64,000 bases of DNA from Pavona decussata (lineage: Eukaryota). Positions 25,800-38,112 of this stretch are shown here, one piece after another; the stretch's first letter is position 1, and every line of letters starts with the position of its first letter. The position numbers were made by a program, and so were the translations under genes. The stretch covers positions 372,001 to 436,000 of the forward strand of contig CDRNST010000122.1 in assembly GCA_977016875.1 (NCBI GenBank), given 5' to 3'. A model generated the notes under the pieces. That model was not told the origin of the DNA. It made no database searches and saw only the letters and a program-made list of their open reading frames with translations.

Positions 25800-27408
25800 G
25801 GCTGGAGTCGTGAAAACGGGCAGTAAAAAAATGGCCTGCATAGGAGGTGTTTCCGTTGGGATTTGTGCGGTTTTCGCTTTTTTACCACGCGGATATATTG
25901 TGACAGCGATTTCCGCGCATTCAAACAGCGAAAACGCACAAACCTCACGGACACAATTGTTAGGTAGGCTATAATAAAAAAATATACATTCAGTGTGAAA
26001 ATGAGTTCGGGGAGAACTTACGGATCCTTTTTTTCAACTGACCTTATGGGTCAGGATTTCAAGAGGTGTGCCCCGCGACCCACTCCGGCGAAAAATTTGA
26101 AAATTCTCCTCTCCACCCCCACCCCCCCCCCCCCCCTTCCAAAGGCTCGATTTCCAGCGGCCTTATACGCCGTTGTTCCTCCTGGAATTGACCCTACTTC
26201 CCTCCCAGGGTGGGGAGAGGGTTTTGTAGAGTCCATATAACTGGTTACAATTATTTGATTTCCCACTTTTCACCGCCAATAGTTTCGCTGACACGAACGG
26301 TTTAGCTGTGAATTAACAAGTAGGTTTAGTTTGCTGACCCGAAAAAAGTCTTAACAGAATGTTGAAACCCATCGTCAGTGCGTGATATGTCGGCTGTATA
26401 GCGATTGTCTTATAAAAACGTCTGACAAACTGGTAGAACTGCAAAAAGCACATTTGTTGGCGTGATGTTTACCAATTTGACTTACGTATTTCTCATGGAG
26501 TCCTTTCTGAGCAGTACCAACGCTTGCAAAATTATTAATTTCTACAAACAAGAAAACATGTAAGTTATGTAACAGGGCCGTAGGAGAAGGGGGTGGGCCC
26601 GTACTCCCCCCCCCCTACTTTTGGGGAAAATTGAATGAAAAGAAGACTTACCGTCGGAAAGTGACTGAATGTATATTGGGGTCGATTAGCATTAGAGACG
26701 AACGCAACGCCAAATATCCTTCACTCGTTCAAAGATGTTATAAATTGGGATGTTTAACCCCTCAACTGAGTCTGTTTTAACATTTACTGAAATGTTATTC
26801 GCCTTCACATTTCCAGTTACTTTGCTGCTCTCTTTCTCTCTCTCTCTCTTGTTATTTATTTACCTTTTATATTTTAATATGTATTTATCTCGTAACGATG
26901 TGCAAGAATAATGGCAAAAAAAATATACTGAAAACTGAAACTGTGGGTCTTCGCCGTTGTGTTACATCAACCGCCGACCCCGTGTTTGTAACCGACACTT
27001 GGTGAAACGAGGTCAGCGGCCATTCATCATGATTTATGTGCAGTTGCATGGTCGGCTAACAGCTCTTTCACTCATCGAATCGATCGACGCTCTTTTTTTT
27101 TCCTGCTCTGTATTATTCTGGACTGAGGTAGGTAATTGTCACAACCAGTTTCTATTTTAATCATTATTTTTGTATTTTAATCGAAGAAAATGCTTTTACA
27201 CCGCAACAGACACCGAAACTCAGGCCCGTAGCAGGGGGAGAGGCAGTGGGGCTTGAGCCCCCTCCCCCGAATTTTTGGAAGTTAAAAAAAACAATGGGTA
27301 TAATACCCAAAGTAAAACAAAACGAACCAATAGAAAAAGAAACGAAAGTGTCAAGTGAAACATTTGGCGCGAATTGAGTCACTTTGGGTGTTGAGAGAAG
27401 GCTTGATG

Positions 27409-28165
27409 TCATTTATAAACAGCATCTCGTATATTAGGCAATCGAACTTGCTTCTGCATTTCTTTTAGGACTTTAAAGAGGTGATCGATCTTTGCTCTTT
27501 TGTTGCCATGTTGTGTTTCAGGGTGTTTCCCGATAGCAGAATGACGGTGTTCACTAATGCGTTGGCGTAAGTGTCGGGCAGTAAACCCGACATAATTTGC
27601 ATCGCACAAATCACATTGGAATGAATCTACAAAGCATTGCGTGTTGACGATCGGAGGCTTGCGGTGCTTTATCAGTTTCTTGGTCTCATGCAGAGCCTTT
27701 CTTTGTGTGTTTTGGGGAGGCCATAAAGGTGCGCAAGTCTGGAGCCTTTAGGGCAAAGTTGTTCGGCTGTGGACTTGGGTAGAATCCGATGTACCTTCTC
27801 GTGGAGCTGTTTTTCTTTCTCTAGAAGTGGATGGAAATGTTTACACACCATGTTATGGACCATGTTTTCAAAAATGCGCTATCCTAATACATTGGTCAAT
27901 TCCACAATACATAGATTCATGCAAGAAACTGATAGAGCGCCGCACGCCGTGACTTCCTCAGAGCCATCTGTTTACATTTAATAAATTACCTTTCAAAGAT
28001 CAGCGATCAGCTGATCGCATCCGCAATGAAATCAACTCTCTGGGATCTATGATCAATGTCAACGTAAAACCCGTCTTCACCAGCAGAAAATTATCGCAAA
28101 TTTTGAGTTTGGTTTACTGCACGACACTTACACAAAGGAATTAGTAAACACCGTTATACTGCTAA
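27409..28165. mobile_element. Rearranged Penelope-like retroelement fragments in both orientations
   Basis: - strand 27409-27660: GIY-YIG endonuclease piece CDANYVGFTARHLRQRISEH. - strand 27672-27816: pre-RT piece LYGLPKTHKERLCMRP. + strand 27817-28165: C-terminal piece FSKMRYPNTLV..KLPFKDQRSAD..KPVFTSRKL followed by a GFTARHL remnant. Frameshifts and stops are present. Confidence 0.85.
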
Positions 28166-28169
28166 AGCA

Positions 28170-31105
28170 TTTTCATGTTTTAAACGCGTATTAAACGCAT
28201 TTTATACGCGATTTGTACGCGTTTTAAGCGCGTATTTAACGCGTTTTAAACGCATTTTAAACGCGTATCAAACGCGTTCTAAACCCGTCTTGCACGCGTG
28301 TTAAACGCATATGAAATGCGTTTTAAACGCGATTTGTACGCGTTTTGAACGCGTATCAAACGCGTATTAAACGCGTATCAAACGCGTTTTGAACGCATTT
28401 TGTACGCGTTTTAAACGGGTATTAAACGCGTTTTAAATCCGTTTTGTACGCGTTTTAAACGCGTATCAAACGCGTATCAAACGCGTATCAAACGCGTTTT
28501 GAACGCGTTTTGTACGCGTTTTTAACGCGTATCAAACGCGTTTTAAACCCGTTTTGAACGCGTTTTAAATCCGTTTTGTACGCGTTTTAAACGCGTATTA
28601 AACGCGTATTAAACGGTTTTAAACGCGTATCAAACGCGTTTTAAACGCGTTTTGTACGCGTTTTAAACGCGTTTTAAACGCGTATCAAACGCGTTTTGAA
28701 CGGGTTTTTAACGCGTTTTAAACGCGTATGAAACGCGTTTTGAACGCGTTTTGTACGTGTTTTTAACGCGTTTTAAACCCGTTTTGAACGCATTTTGTAC
28801 GCGTTTTAAACGCGTTTTGAACGGGTCTTAGACGCGTTTTAAACGCGTATCAAACGCGTTTTCAATCCGTTTTGAACGCGTTTTAAACGCGTATCAAACG
28901 CGTATCAAACGCGTTTTGAACGCGTTTTGTACGCGTTTTTAACGCGTATCAAACTCGTTTTGAACGCGTTTTAAACCCGTTTTGTACGCGTTTTGAACGC
29001 GTTTTAAACGCGTATCAAACGCGTATTGAACGCGATTTAAACGCGTATCTAATTCGTTTCAAACGCGTATCAAAGGTGTTTTTAACGCGTATTACACGCC
29101 TTTAGAACGCGTTTTGAACGCGTATCAAACACGTTTTGAACGCGTTCTAAACGCGTTTTGTACTGGTTTTAAACGCGTATTAAACGCGTTCTGTACGAGT
29201 TTTGAACTCGTATCAAGCGCCCATAAAGTTGATGTGTTTTTTAAGCGGTATTACATATTTATTTTATATTACGTATTAAACGCGTTTTGAACGCGTTTTA
29301 AACGCGTATCAAACGCGTTTTGAACGCGTTTTGTACGCGTTTTTAACGCGTTTTAAACGCGTATGAAACGCGTTTTGAACGCGTTTTGTACGCGTTTTTA
29401 ACGCGTTTTAAACCCGTTTTGAACGTATTTTGCACGCATTTTAAACGCGTTTTGAACGGGTCTTAGACGCGTTTTAAACGCGTATCAAACGCGTTTTCAA
29501 TCCGTTTTGTACGCGTTTTAAACGCGTTTTGAACGCGTTTTGAACGCGTTTTAAACGCGTTTTGAACGCGTTTTAAACGCGTATCAAACGCGTATCAAAC
29601 GCGTTTTGAACGCGTTTTGAACGCGTTTTGTACGCGTTTTTAACGCGTATCAAACTCGTTTTGAACGCGTTTTAAACGCGTATCAAACGCGTATTGAACG
29701 CGATTTAAACGCGTATCTAATTCGTTTCAAACGCGTATCAAACGTGTTTTTAACGCGTATTACAAGCCTTTAGAACGCGTTTTGAACGCGTATCAAACAC
29801 GTTTTGAACGCGTTCTAAACGCGTTTTGTACTGGTTTTAAACGCGTATTAAACGCGTTCTGTACGAGTTTTGAACTCGTATCAAGCGCCCATAAAGTTGA
29901 TGTGTTTTTTAAGCGGTATTAAATATTTATTTTATATTACGTATTAAACGCGTTTTGAACGCGTTTTAAACGCGTATCAAACGCGTTTTGAACGCGTTTT
30001 GTACGCGTTTTTAACGCGTTTTAAACGCGTATGAAACGCGTATGAAACGCGTTTTGAACGCGTTTTGTACGCGTTTTTAACGCGTTTTAAACCCGTTTTG
30101 AACGCATTTTGTACGCGTTTTAAACGCGTTTTGAACGGGTCTTAGACGCGTTTTAAACGCGTATCAAACGCGTTTTCAATCCGTTTTGTACGCGTTTTAA
30201 ACGCGTTTTGAACGCGTTTTGAACGCGTTTTAAACGCGTTTTGAACGCGTTTTAAACGCGTATCAAACGCGTATCAAATGCGTTTTGAACGCGTTTTGAA
30301 CGCGTTTTGTACGCGTTTTTAACGCGTATCAAACTCGTTTTGAACGCGTTTTAAACCCGTTTTGTACGCGTTTTGAACGCGTTTAAAACGCGTATCAAAC
30401 GCGTATTGAACGCGATTTAAACGCGTATCTAATTCGTTTCAAACGCGTATCAAACGTGTTTTTAACGCGTATTACACGCCTTGAGAACGCGTTTTGAACG
30501 CGTATCAAACAGGTTTTGAATGCGTTCTAAACGCGTTTTGTACTCGTTTTAAACGCGTATAAAACGCGTTTTAAACGCGTATTAAACGCGTTTTGTACGA
30601 GTTTTGAACTCGTATCAAGCGCCCATAAAGTTGATGTGTTTTTTAAGCGGTATTAAATATTTATTTTATATTACGTATTAAACGCGTTTTAAACGCGTTT
30701 TAAACGCGTATCAAACGCGTTTTGTACGCGTTTTTAACGCGTGTGAAACGCGTTTTGAATGCGTCTTAAACCCGTTTTGTACGCGTTTTGAACGCGTTTT
30801 GTACGCGTTTTGAACGCGTTTTAAACGCGTATCAAACGCGTATTGAACGCGATTTAAACGCGTATCTAATTCGTTTCAAACGCGTATCAAAGGTGTTTTT
30901 AACGCGTATTACACGCCTTTAGAACGCGTTTTGAACGCGTATCAAACACGTTTTGAACGCGTTCTAAACGCGTTTTGTACTCGTTTTAAACGCGTATAAA
31001 ACGCGTTTTAAAGGCGTATTAAACGCGTTTAGTACGAGTTTTGAACTCGTATAAAGCGCCCATAAAGTTGATGTGTTTTTTAAGCGGTATTAAATATTTA
31101 TTTTA
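28170..31105. repeat. Satellite of ~11-bp units with an ACGCGT core, organised into higher-order repeats
   Basis: Units AAACGCGTTTT, GAACGCGTTTT, GTACGCGTTTT, AAACGCGTATC. A non-monomer spacer aagcgcccataaagttgatgtgttttttaagcggtatta recurs at 29215, 29883, 30617 and 31054. Confidence 0.95.
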
Positions 31106-31122
31106 CTCTTTTTTTATTTTAG

Positions 31123-32244
31123 CATGAAGGAGTGTGAGGCTCTGTGTACGAGGCTGGCGATCATGGTGAAAGGAAAGTTCAAATGTCTGGGATCCACTCA
31201 ACACCTCAAGAGCAGGTATGAGTCATGTGAACACTCAAAGGAAAGCAATAGGCTTCTTTCGAAATATGAAAATTTAACTTCATATCGAGGTTGAGAGGAC
31301 ACAAACAACAGAACTGAATAAACATGATTATTTAAATTTATTTTGTTTGTGTCCTCTTGGCCTCATTGTCAAGTTGAATTTAGATATGAACATCGGTGGT
31401 TTCCTTGTTTTCTGTCGTCGTTATTTCTAAAGATTTTGCCTCAATTGTTTTTCTCCCGTTGTAAATGTGGATATATGGGTACTAGTGAATCGTTGGGGAA
31501 ATCCGTTGGAGGGGATACCCAGGCATCCCATTCAGAGTAGAGTAGTAATACTCCTAGTTGCTTCATCAGTCCGAATTGCACGGGTTTCCTGTGTCTCTAG
31601 CGCGCCTTTACCTACCTTGCCACTGTATTACCAAGTTGACAGACAACAGACATCTGCGTCCCCTTTACAGTGTCTAATTTGGGTATACTGTAGTCAGATT
31701 TACGAGCTGTGTGGAAGGGCTAAAAAAAAAGTCGTCAAGTTTATCTTTTACTGATTCAACCAACCTGTGATAGAGACTGCAACAGTCGTATCTCTCCTGA
31801 GGTTCTTTAAATTTTTGAAAACACGAAACGAAAGTGCACTTCCCTGAAACAATGTTTGTCTGAACTTTTTAAAAGGACAAAAAGCCATGTCACGAGCAAC
31901 ATTACTAAAGGCCAAGTAATACGGGCAGCATTTTCTTTCAACTTGTCGCCCAACAATATTGGACTTGCAAGTTGTGATTTTCATATTGCAGAAAGCAGAA
32001 AAAGTGTTTACTCTCTGCAACATGAAAAATTTGTTGCGCGTCGAGGTGGTGATACAGGCAACAAACAATCGCAACTTGCAATTGCAACATTGCTGCGCAA
32101 CAAGTTGAAAGAAAATGCTACCCCTATTACTTGGCCTTAACAATGTCTGTATGTCTTTAACAGGTTTTCATTAACTTCGCTTAAGAACAGCATGCGGAGG
32201 AACGGACGTCTGTCAAGAGGACATGTGGATACATGCCTTGTTAA
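31123..32244 (+). pseudogene. 3' relic of an ABCA-subfamily ABC transporter (two exons)
   Basis: Exon 31123-31215 (93 nt, AG/GT) encodes [30 protein letters not shown], the ABCA NBD2 post-H-loop segment. Exon from 32164 encodes VFINFA*EQHAEE..., the ABCA C-terminal VFVNFA motif, with an in-frame TAA at 32182-32184. The intervening and upstream exons were not found. Confidence 0.8.
31909..32137. mobile_element. PIF/Harbinger (Tourist)-type MITE
   Basis: TIRs aggccaagtaatacgggcagcattttctttcaacttg / caagttgaaagaaaatgctacccctattacttggcct, flanked by TAA target-site duplications (31906-31908, 32138-32140). Confidence 0.8.
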
Positions 32245-33039
32245 CTGAACACAAGAAATAGCTTTTTTCCTTGTTCTTCTTTTCCCTGTAGTTTATTTAT
32301 CATTTATTATTTATTTATAATATCATAATCTTTGATTGCATTTTGGCCCGCCTAGATAAGCTTGGCTGTTTGCGGGCCAGTCCAATGTATCCATGTACCA
32401 TGTGCAAATCAAAGAATAAAGTTGTAAGTTGTTATAAAGTTGTAAGAACTGCAAATAACGCAATGAACTATTGAGACCTCGACGTGAAAACGTGAAACCA
32501 AGCCTTGCACGAGACACGTGCAACGGGTGTCAAAGCGCGGGAAAACGGATAATCGGCGACAAGTGCGGGAAAACATGCAATCGGTATTTTCTCTAGTTCT
32601 GTTTCTTTTGAAAGCTTCTATAATGCAAATAAAATAATTTGAAAATAAAGTTGATTGACGGGGGCCTTTCCTGCTTATATAAACGAACAGTTCCTCTCGT
32701 GGATTGTGGAACGAGACACGAGATGAACGCGTGGGACAACCTTTCACTTCAAGTCTACCAGTCTGATTTCAGACGCATGCGCGTATGGCTATTACTGGCT
32801 CGGGGAACTGTGAAGTAAAAGTGGCTGCTCTAGCCTGTACCACACGAGTAGGGGTTGGGTATGTTTTATTGGGAGATTTTCCGAACGTGAAGAGATCAGA
32901 ATGTGTCGCTGACGAGTACTGAAAAAGATAAACTCACCAAACATATACTGCAGAGAAATGAAGCCCGCTAGGTGGTTCTTGATAGATTGTAAAATGCTCG
33001 AAATAAGATTAGTTACAGATAATAGATCTTAGATGCTGC

Positions 33040-33455
33040 AAAGATATCATAATTAGAGCTTGTAAAGAAACCTTATGTAGAAAGACCGTCAGGAGATAAA
33101 ATGAAAATCCCAGATGATTAATGGATCTTAAAGATATTAAAATGATTTGTAAGTGATTGCAAAGATTTGTAAGTGATTCATTAAGGGGCCGTTAACGAGA
33201 ATGTTAGATCAAAAAAACATCACAAAGAGACTGTGATGATAATGTAAAGAAATCGTATAATATATTGTAAAGAGATCGCAAGAAGGGCGAAGAGATTGGT
33301 AAAGACCGAGATCGGGAAGAGGTAGTAAAGAAATGTAAAAAAGAATGTAAAAAAATACATATATACATCTAAGAATAAAGAGACTGTAAAAAAATAATAA
33401 TAAAATATATCGTAAAGAAATCGTAAGTGGATCGGAAAGAGGTAGTAATGAGGTT
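33040..33455. repeat. Degenerate purine-rich simple repeat (gtaaagaaatcgt-like)
   Basis: Recurrent gtaaaga/gtaagtga/agagat words. Confidence 0.5.
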
Positions 33456-34924
33456 TGTATTCAGAGAATTAGTTTTTCCAGAATTGAAGGATAGCCCTGT
33501 CTTTCTTACTCGGTAGGAGAGGGAAGGCTATACCGTTTAATGCTTGGGGTTTTTTTAGCGCTTCGAGGTTTCAAAGTTTCGAGCAATCCAAAATAGGAGG
33601 GCTCCATCAATCTTTCACGATGTTTTTAAAATAAATCTTAGAAAAGAAATGAAAAAAGGAAAAGGAAAAAACTTGGCTAGAGGGCATAGATGTCTCATGG
33701 AAGTCTCTTGGTGTATGTACCCGTACGTTCTTAATTTATCTCTGCCTTCAATTTCTTTTCCTATTTCATTAAAATTCAGTAACATAGGCAGTAACATAGG
33801 GTAATTGGACAGTTGGTCCATGCATTCAAATGCGGCAAGCAAATCTCACATTTCAAATTTATTAGTATAAGGTAGGATTTATGAGCAATACGCAATGTTG
33901 TTCTATTTTACTTGATCTTACAAACATTGATTTCCTTTAATTCCAAGCGTGTTACTGTTAAGGATAAAGAATATCTGTCTATCTTAAGGTGGTAAGATAA
34001 GAACTAGAATATAAAACCCTGTAGAAGTTGTCGTAATTTTTTTAATTTATTCTGATATAGTTTTCAAGTCAACCTCCGATTCTTAGCGAATACAGAGACT
34101 AGGAGCCCCGATCACGAGGTACTGTTGACTCGGAAAAGCTGAAAGAGGTTTTTTCGTCATATAGTGTAAGAGTACATGAATTTTTATTTTATAAACCAAA
34201 GATGAAAAGAGATTTCAAGGCTTCAAAAAAAAAAAAAAAAAAAAAAACGCAACTTGAATGTGCGGGAAAATACTCCAGACAGCTATTTCACGCTATAAAT
34301 CCCACAGGTTTAGGTTTGAACAAAAACATAAAGTGTCAAGTTTATTCATCAGAACATGGGTATAGAATTCCACTCCAAATATGGTTTTTCTATCGACCAG
34401 CGATTGGTTTCAGCTTCTAATCCATATTCATGACTGAAAGTGCAAAATTCTCGTCAAACCAAGCAACTGTTTGGCGAGTGAGGACGTGTGAAGGTTACCT
34501 CTGTCGTTGAAGCCAGGAACAAGCGTCAAAGACTTTGAAGGAAGGAATATTCGCTTCGCTAAGACGCAAACGGTAAGAGTCTTATTCCATTAAGTGTTTT
34601 CAGTACCGTCGTAAAATTCTGTTTTCAGTCGACGTGAGGGCGTCCTCGAGTTTCGTCTTATCGACGTTGCGATTCACTCTGCGTGGTTTTAGAATAGAAT
34701 AATCCAACAGCGCCTTGTAAGAAGAGCTTAACAGACATATAGCAGTTACAGAAGAGTTAACGATAGATAAACTGAAATTAAGACCTTTTCTGTGGCCAGA
34801 AACCTTTTTTCCAAATTGTCCGAGGCGGCCAAGTGTTGAGAACTTTGTCAATTGCTTTGCATTGAAAAACTACGAATTCATGTTGCATTCTTGTTTTGAG
34901 TTGAGAAACTCACTTAGGCAAGTT

Positions 34925-35215
34925 GTACTCTTGAAACTTAGGTACAGGTTCACTGTGCAAATTTATCAGCTCTCTTCACCGACTTTCGAAGTGGTATCGT
35001 TTATCATGCTGTACAAGGTGGTTCTGTGGATGGAATCCTAAAGTGTACTCTTGAAACCTAGGTCAACAAGTTCACAGTCCAAATTTATTAGCTCTCTTCA
35101 CCGACTTTCGCTGTGGTACCGTTTATCATGCTGTACAAGCTGGTTCTACCTTTTGAGTCTGTGGATGAACCATTCAAATGAAAGCTGCCGAGAGTACTGT
35201 CCTATGGTGCCTTTT
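34925..35215 (+). repeat. Tandem duplicate (~120 bp) of an interspersed repeat
   Basis: gtactcttgaaac..agctctcttcaccgactttcg..gtttatcatgctgtacaag occurs twice; related words at ~4945-4990 and ~46545-46590. Confidence 0.65.
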
Positions 35216-36419
35216 GTTTTTCATTACTTTACAAGTTGAAACTCGAAAAAATTTTGAATTTTTATTTTGGGCTTTTCTGAGCCTAAAGACATATCGCATG
35301 CTAATGATGATTGTGGTGACGGCGACGATAAACGTTGTTTAAATTTTAAAGTATTTAGCAAAGCATGCTGCTGACTTTGTATGGGCATATTTGTTGAACA
35401 CACACTCATGTGTTTTGTTTGTTTTATTTTCAGGAAGGACATTTTCACGAGAAAGAAGGTTGAACACGAGGAGCAAAAGGACCAGAAAAGAGGGAAAAGC
35501 AGTGAACTAAAGTAAATGGAACAAAGATAAGATTTCATTTTTGTATAAAAATGATACCTTTGAAAGATGGTGGCGGTGTATGACAAAACTATTGAATCTT
35601 CAATTCAGCAACAGTCAAATTAATGATCTATTTACTAAAATATCTATGTTTAAATTTTACAACTATCTAACCATTTTGTGAGAGGGCAGATCGGAAGGGG
35701 GGGGGGGGGGGGGATTTAAGCTGATATTTTCAGTCAGAAATGCTGACGCTCAAATATACGGTCGCTTAAATGCGTTAGTTTTGAAAACACTGTCGATGCA
35801 GCAGAATTTCTTTCAATCCTTTTAAAATACACCAGCCATCTTTTTAAAGGTATTATTACTGTATTATTATTAAAGGTATTATCACTCTGAGTGATCAGTA
35901 CATACTGACATACTTTTACGCCACATTTTTCGCGATTTCAATTTGTTTTATGTATAGATTTGTCAACAAATTAACTTGAAATTTAAATTGAATATTTTTA
36001 AAAGTAAAATTGGGATATGAAAATTGAAAATGAAAAAAATTGAAAAAATTGAAAATTGAAAACGTCAACATCGGAGATCACTCAGTGTTGCGCTACTTAG
36101 AAATCGGTTAAGTTATTTTTCAGTTATATTCTGTTGCCAAGGTGGAACTGCAAGTTGTATAAAAGGAAAATGAAAAACTTACGCTGGATAAAAGGACAGC
36201 TCGGTCAAAAGCTAAAAAACTGTTTCTCTTTTCCGAAAAAAAAAAAAATGAAATCTGAAACACTTCAAGGCTAAGTCGAAACACCGAACGAGGATATCAA
36301 GAGATTAGACTAGCAATTGCGTTTTCGTTCTTAACTACAAAACAATTTGATGGAATTTAAAACACCCAAAAGAAATGTTTGTTTTCGTAGGTCACTCTAA
36401 TATTACCTGACTGTTTACA

Positions 36420-36990
36420 AATATCTTGGAAATTATATATTGTTTGGTGTGTAAAATGGAAATTTTGTTGATTAGCTTATCTTTTAACTGGATTACAAAA
36501 GAAATGGAAGCTTAAATTTCAAAATAAATTCTTTGGTTTTGGATCTCTCTCCGTTTGGTTAATTCGATATCAAATTGCCTGATTATGTACAAAAATGTTC
36601 AAAATTCTATATCATTTGGTCTGTGAATGGAAACTTGTTAATATTCTTACGAAAATGGACGCTTAAATTTCAAAGTAAATTCTTTAGTTTTCAATCTCTC
36701 TCCGTTTTGGTTAATTCGCTGTCAAATTGCCCACTTAAATTCTATATCATTTGGTCTGTGAATGGAAACTTCGTTCATGTTCTTACGAAAATGGACGCTT
36801 AAATTTCAAAATAAATTTAGTTTTGGATCTCTCTCTGTTTTGGTTAACTCGTTATTAAATTGCCTGATTCTGCAAAATTCTGTATCATGTGGTCTGTGAA
36901 ATAGAAACTCTGTTGATGACCTCGATCTTTTGACTAAATTACAAAAAATCTCGAAGCTTAAATTTTAAAATAAATTCTTCAGTTTTGGCC
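36420..36990 (+). repeat. Tandem repeat, ~140-160 bp units, about 4 copies
   Basis: gcttaaatttcaaaataaatt..ggatctctctc..tcatttggtctgtgaatggaaact recurs at ~36505, 36655, 36795 and 36955. Confidence 0.8.
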
Positions 36991-37569
36991 AATTCGCGAC
37001 GGGAACCAAAATAAAAATCAAGCATCTACACTTAGCAGTTCCACCTTCGTTAACTGTTGTCAAGGGAACACAAGGCAGAGGATCTCCTTGGAAACGTGTA
37101 TTACTAATTGAATTGTTTAAGCGTGGCGTTTACCTATTTTACAAAGATTTCCTTGATCGAAAATTTTATTAGTTACTGAAAAAGAAAAATTATGGAGGAT
37201 CCCTTCCGTTATTCCTTATGTTCCCTTTACATGCTGTAGACTAGTATGTATGACAAAAACAAGCGTCTGGTTGGAATAATGTGGACTAAACGATAGAAAA
37301 CGTCTCGGGGACATCTTTTGCACCAAATTAGAGTTACGGACCACAAAAGATGAGTAATTTTCCCACAATTTCATTTCCGGCAGAGATAAAAAGTATAAAT
37401 TTGAGGATTTCCTGTATTCCATATTTATTTTTGTCGGAAACAGGTTTTTTTTTAATGATTAAAATCACGACAAGAAGGCATACCAAAAGAGAACTTCGAG
37501 GAGTAAGTCATTAATTGACCACCAAAAACGAAAAAAAAGAACAACAGTTTCAGAGGACAGACAACTTCC

Positions 37570-38112
37570 TTTTTTAGTTTGCACTTACGGCAAACGCGCA
37601 AAATTCAAATTCATTTCAAAATATTCCTTAGAGAATTTTAAAATTGCAAGGTATTTCAATTCAAATTTTCCTGTCGAAAAAATCGAATAGATTATACATT
37701 CAACCGAGTTGTTTTCAAAATAGTTCACGAGAGTTTTGTCTGCTGCATGTTCACACTTTTATGTTCCGGGCAAAAATATTATGTAAATCTGACTTCAAAG
37801 TGACATTGCGGGAAAAAACAAAACAAACAATTTAGCCAGTTAGAATTTTCCAACCCAAGAAAGATTAAACTTTCGCCATTTTGATAAAAAAGTGATTTTA
37901 ACTGTCGAAGTAGAAATCTATTGAAATAACTCTACATTACAAGTTTGCGCTTTCGGCAAAGCACAAAATTTCAATTCATTTCGAAATACTCCTCAGAGAA
38001 TTTAACAGTTGCATTGTATTTGAATTCAAATTTTCCTGTGGAAAAAAATTGAATAGACTATACGTACGGCCGAGTTGTTTACAAAATGGAGAGTTTTGTC
38101 TGCTGTTCACAC
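37570..38112 (+). repeat. Direct duplication (~180 bp)
   Basis: 37575-37755 matches 37940-38112 (caaattttcctgt..ccgagttgttt..gagagttttgtctgctg). Confidence 0.7.

Noticed and set aside
28170-31105. Repeat-spacer appearance suggesting a CRISPR array
   Set aside because: No unique spacers, no cas genes and a eukaryotic context; it is a satellite.
32908-32930. ctgacgagtactgaaa, a hammerhead-like core
   Set aside because: No stem II, and no stem I or III pairing around it.
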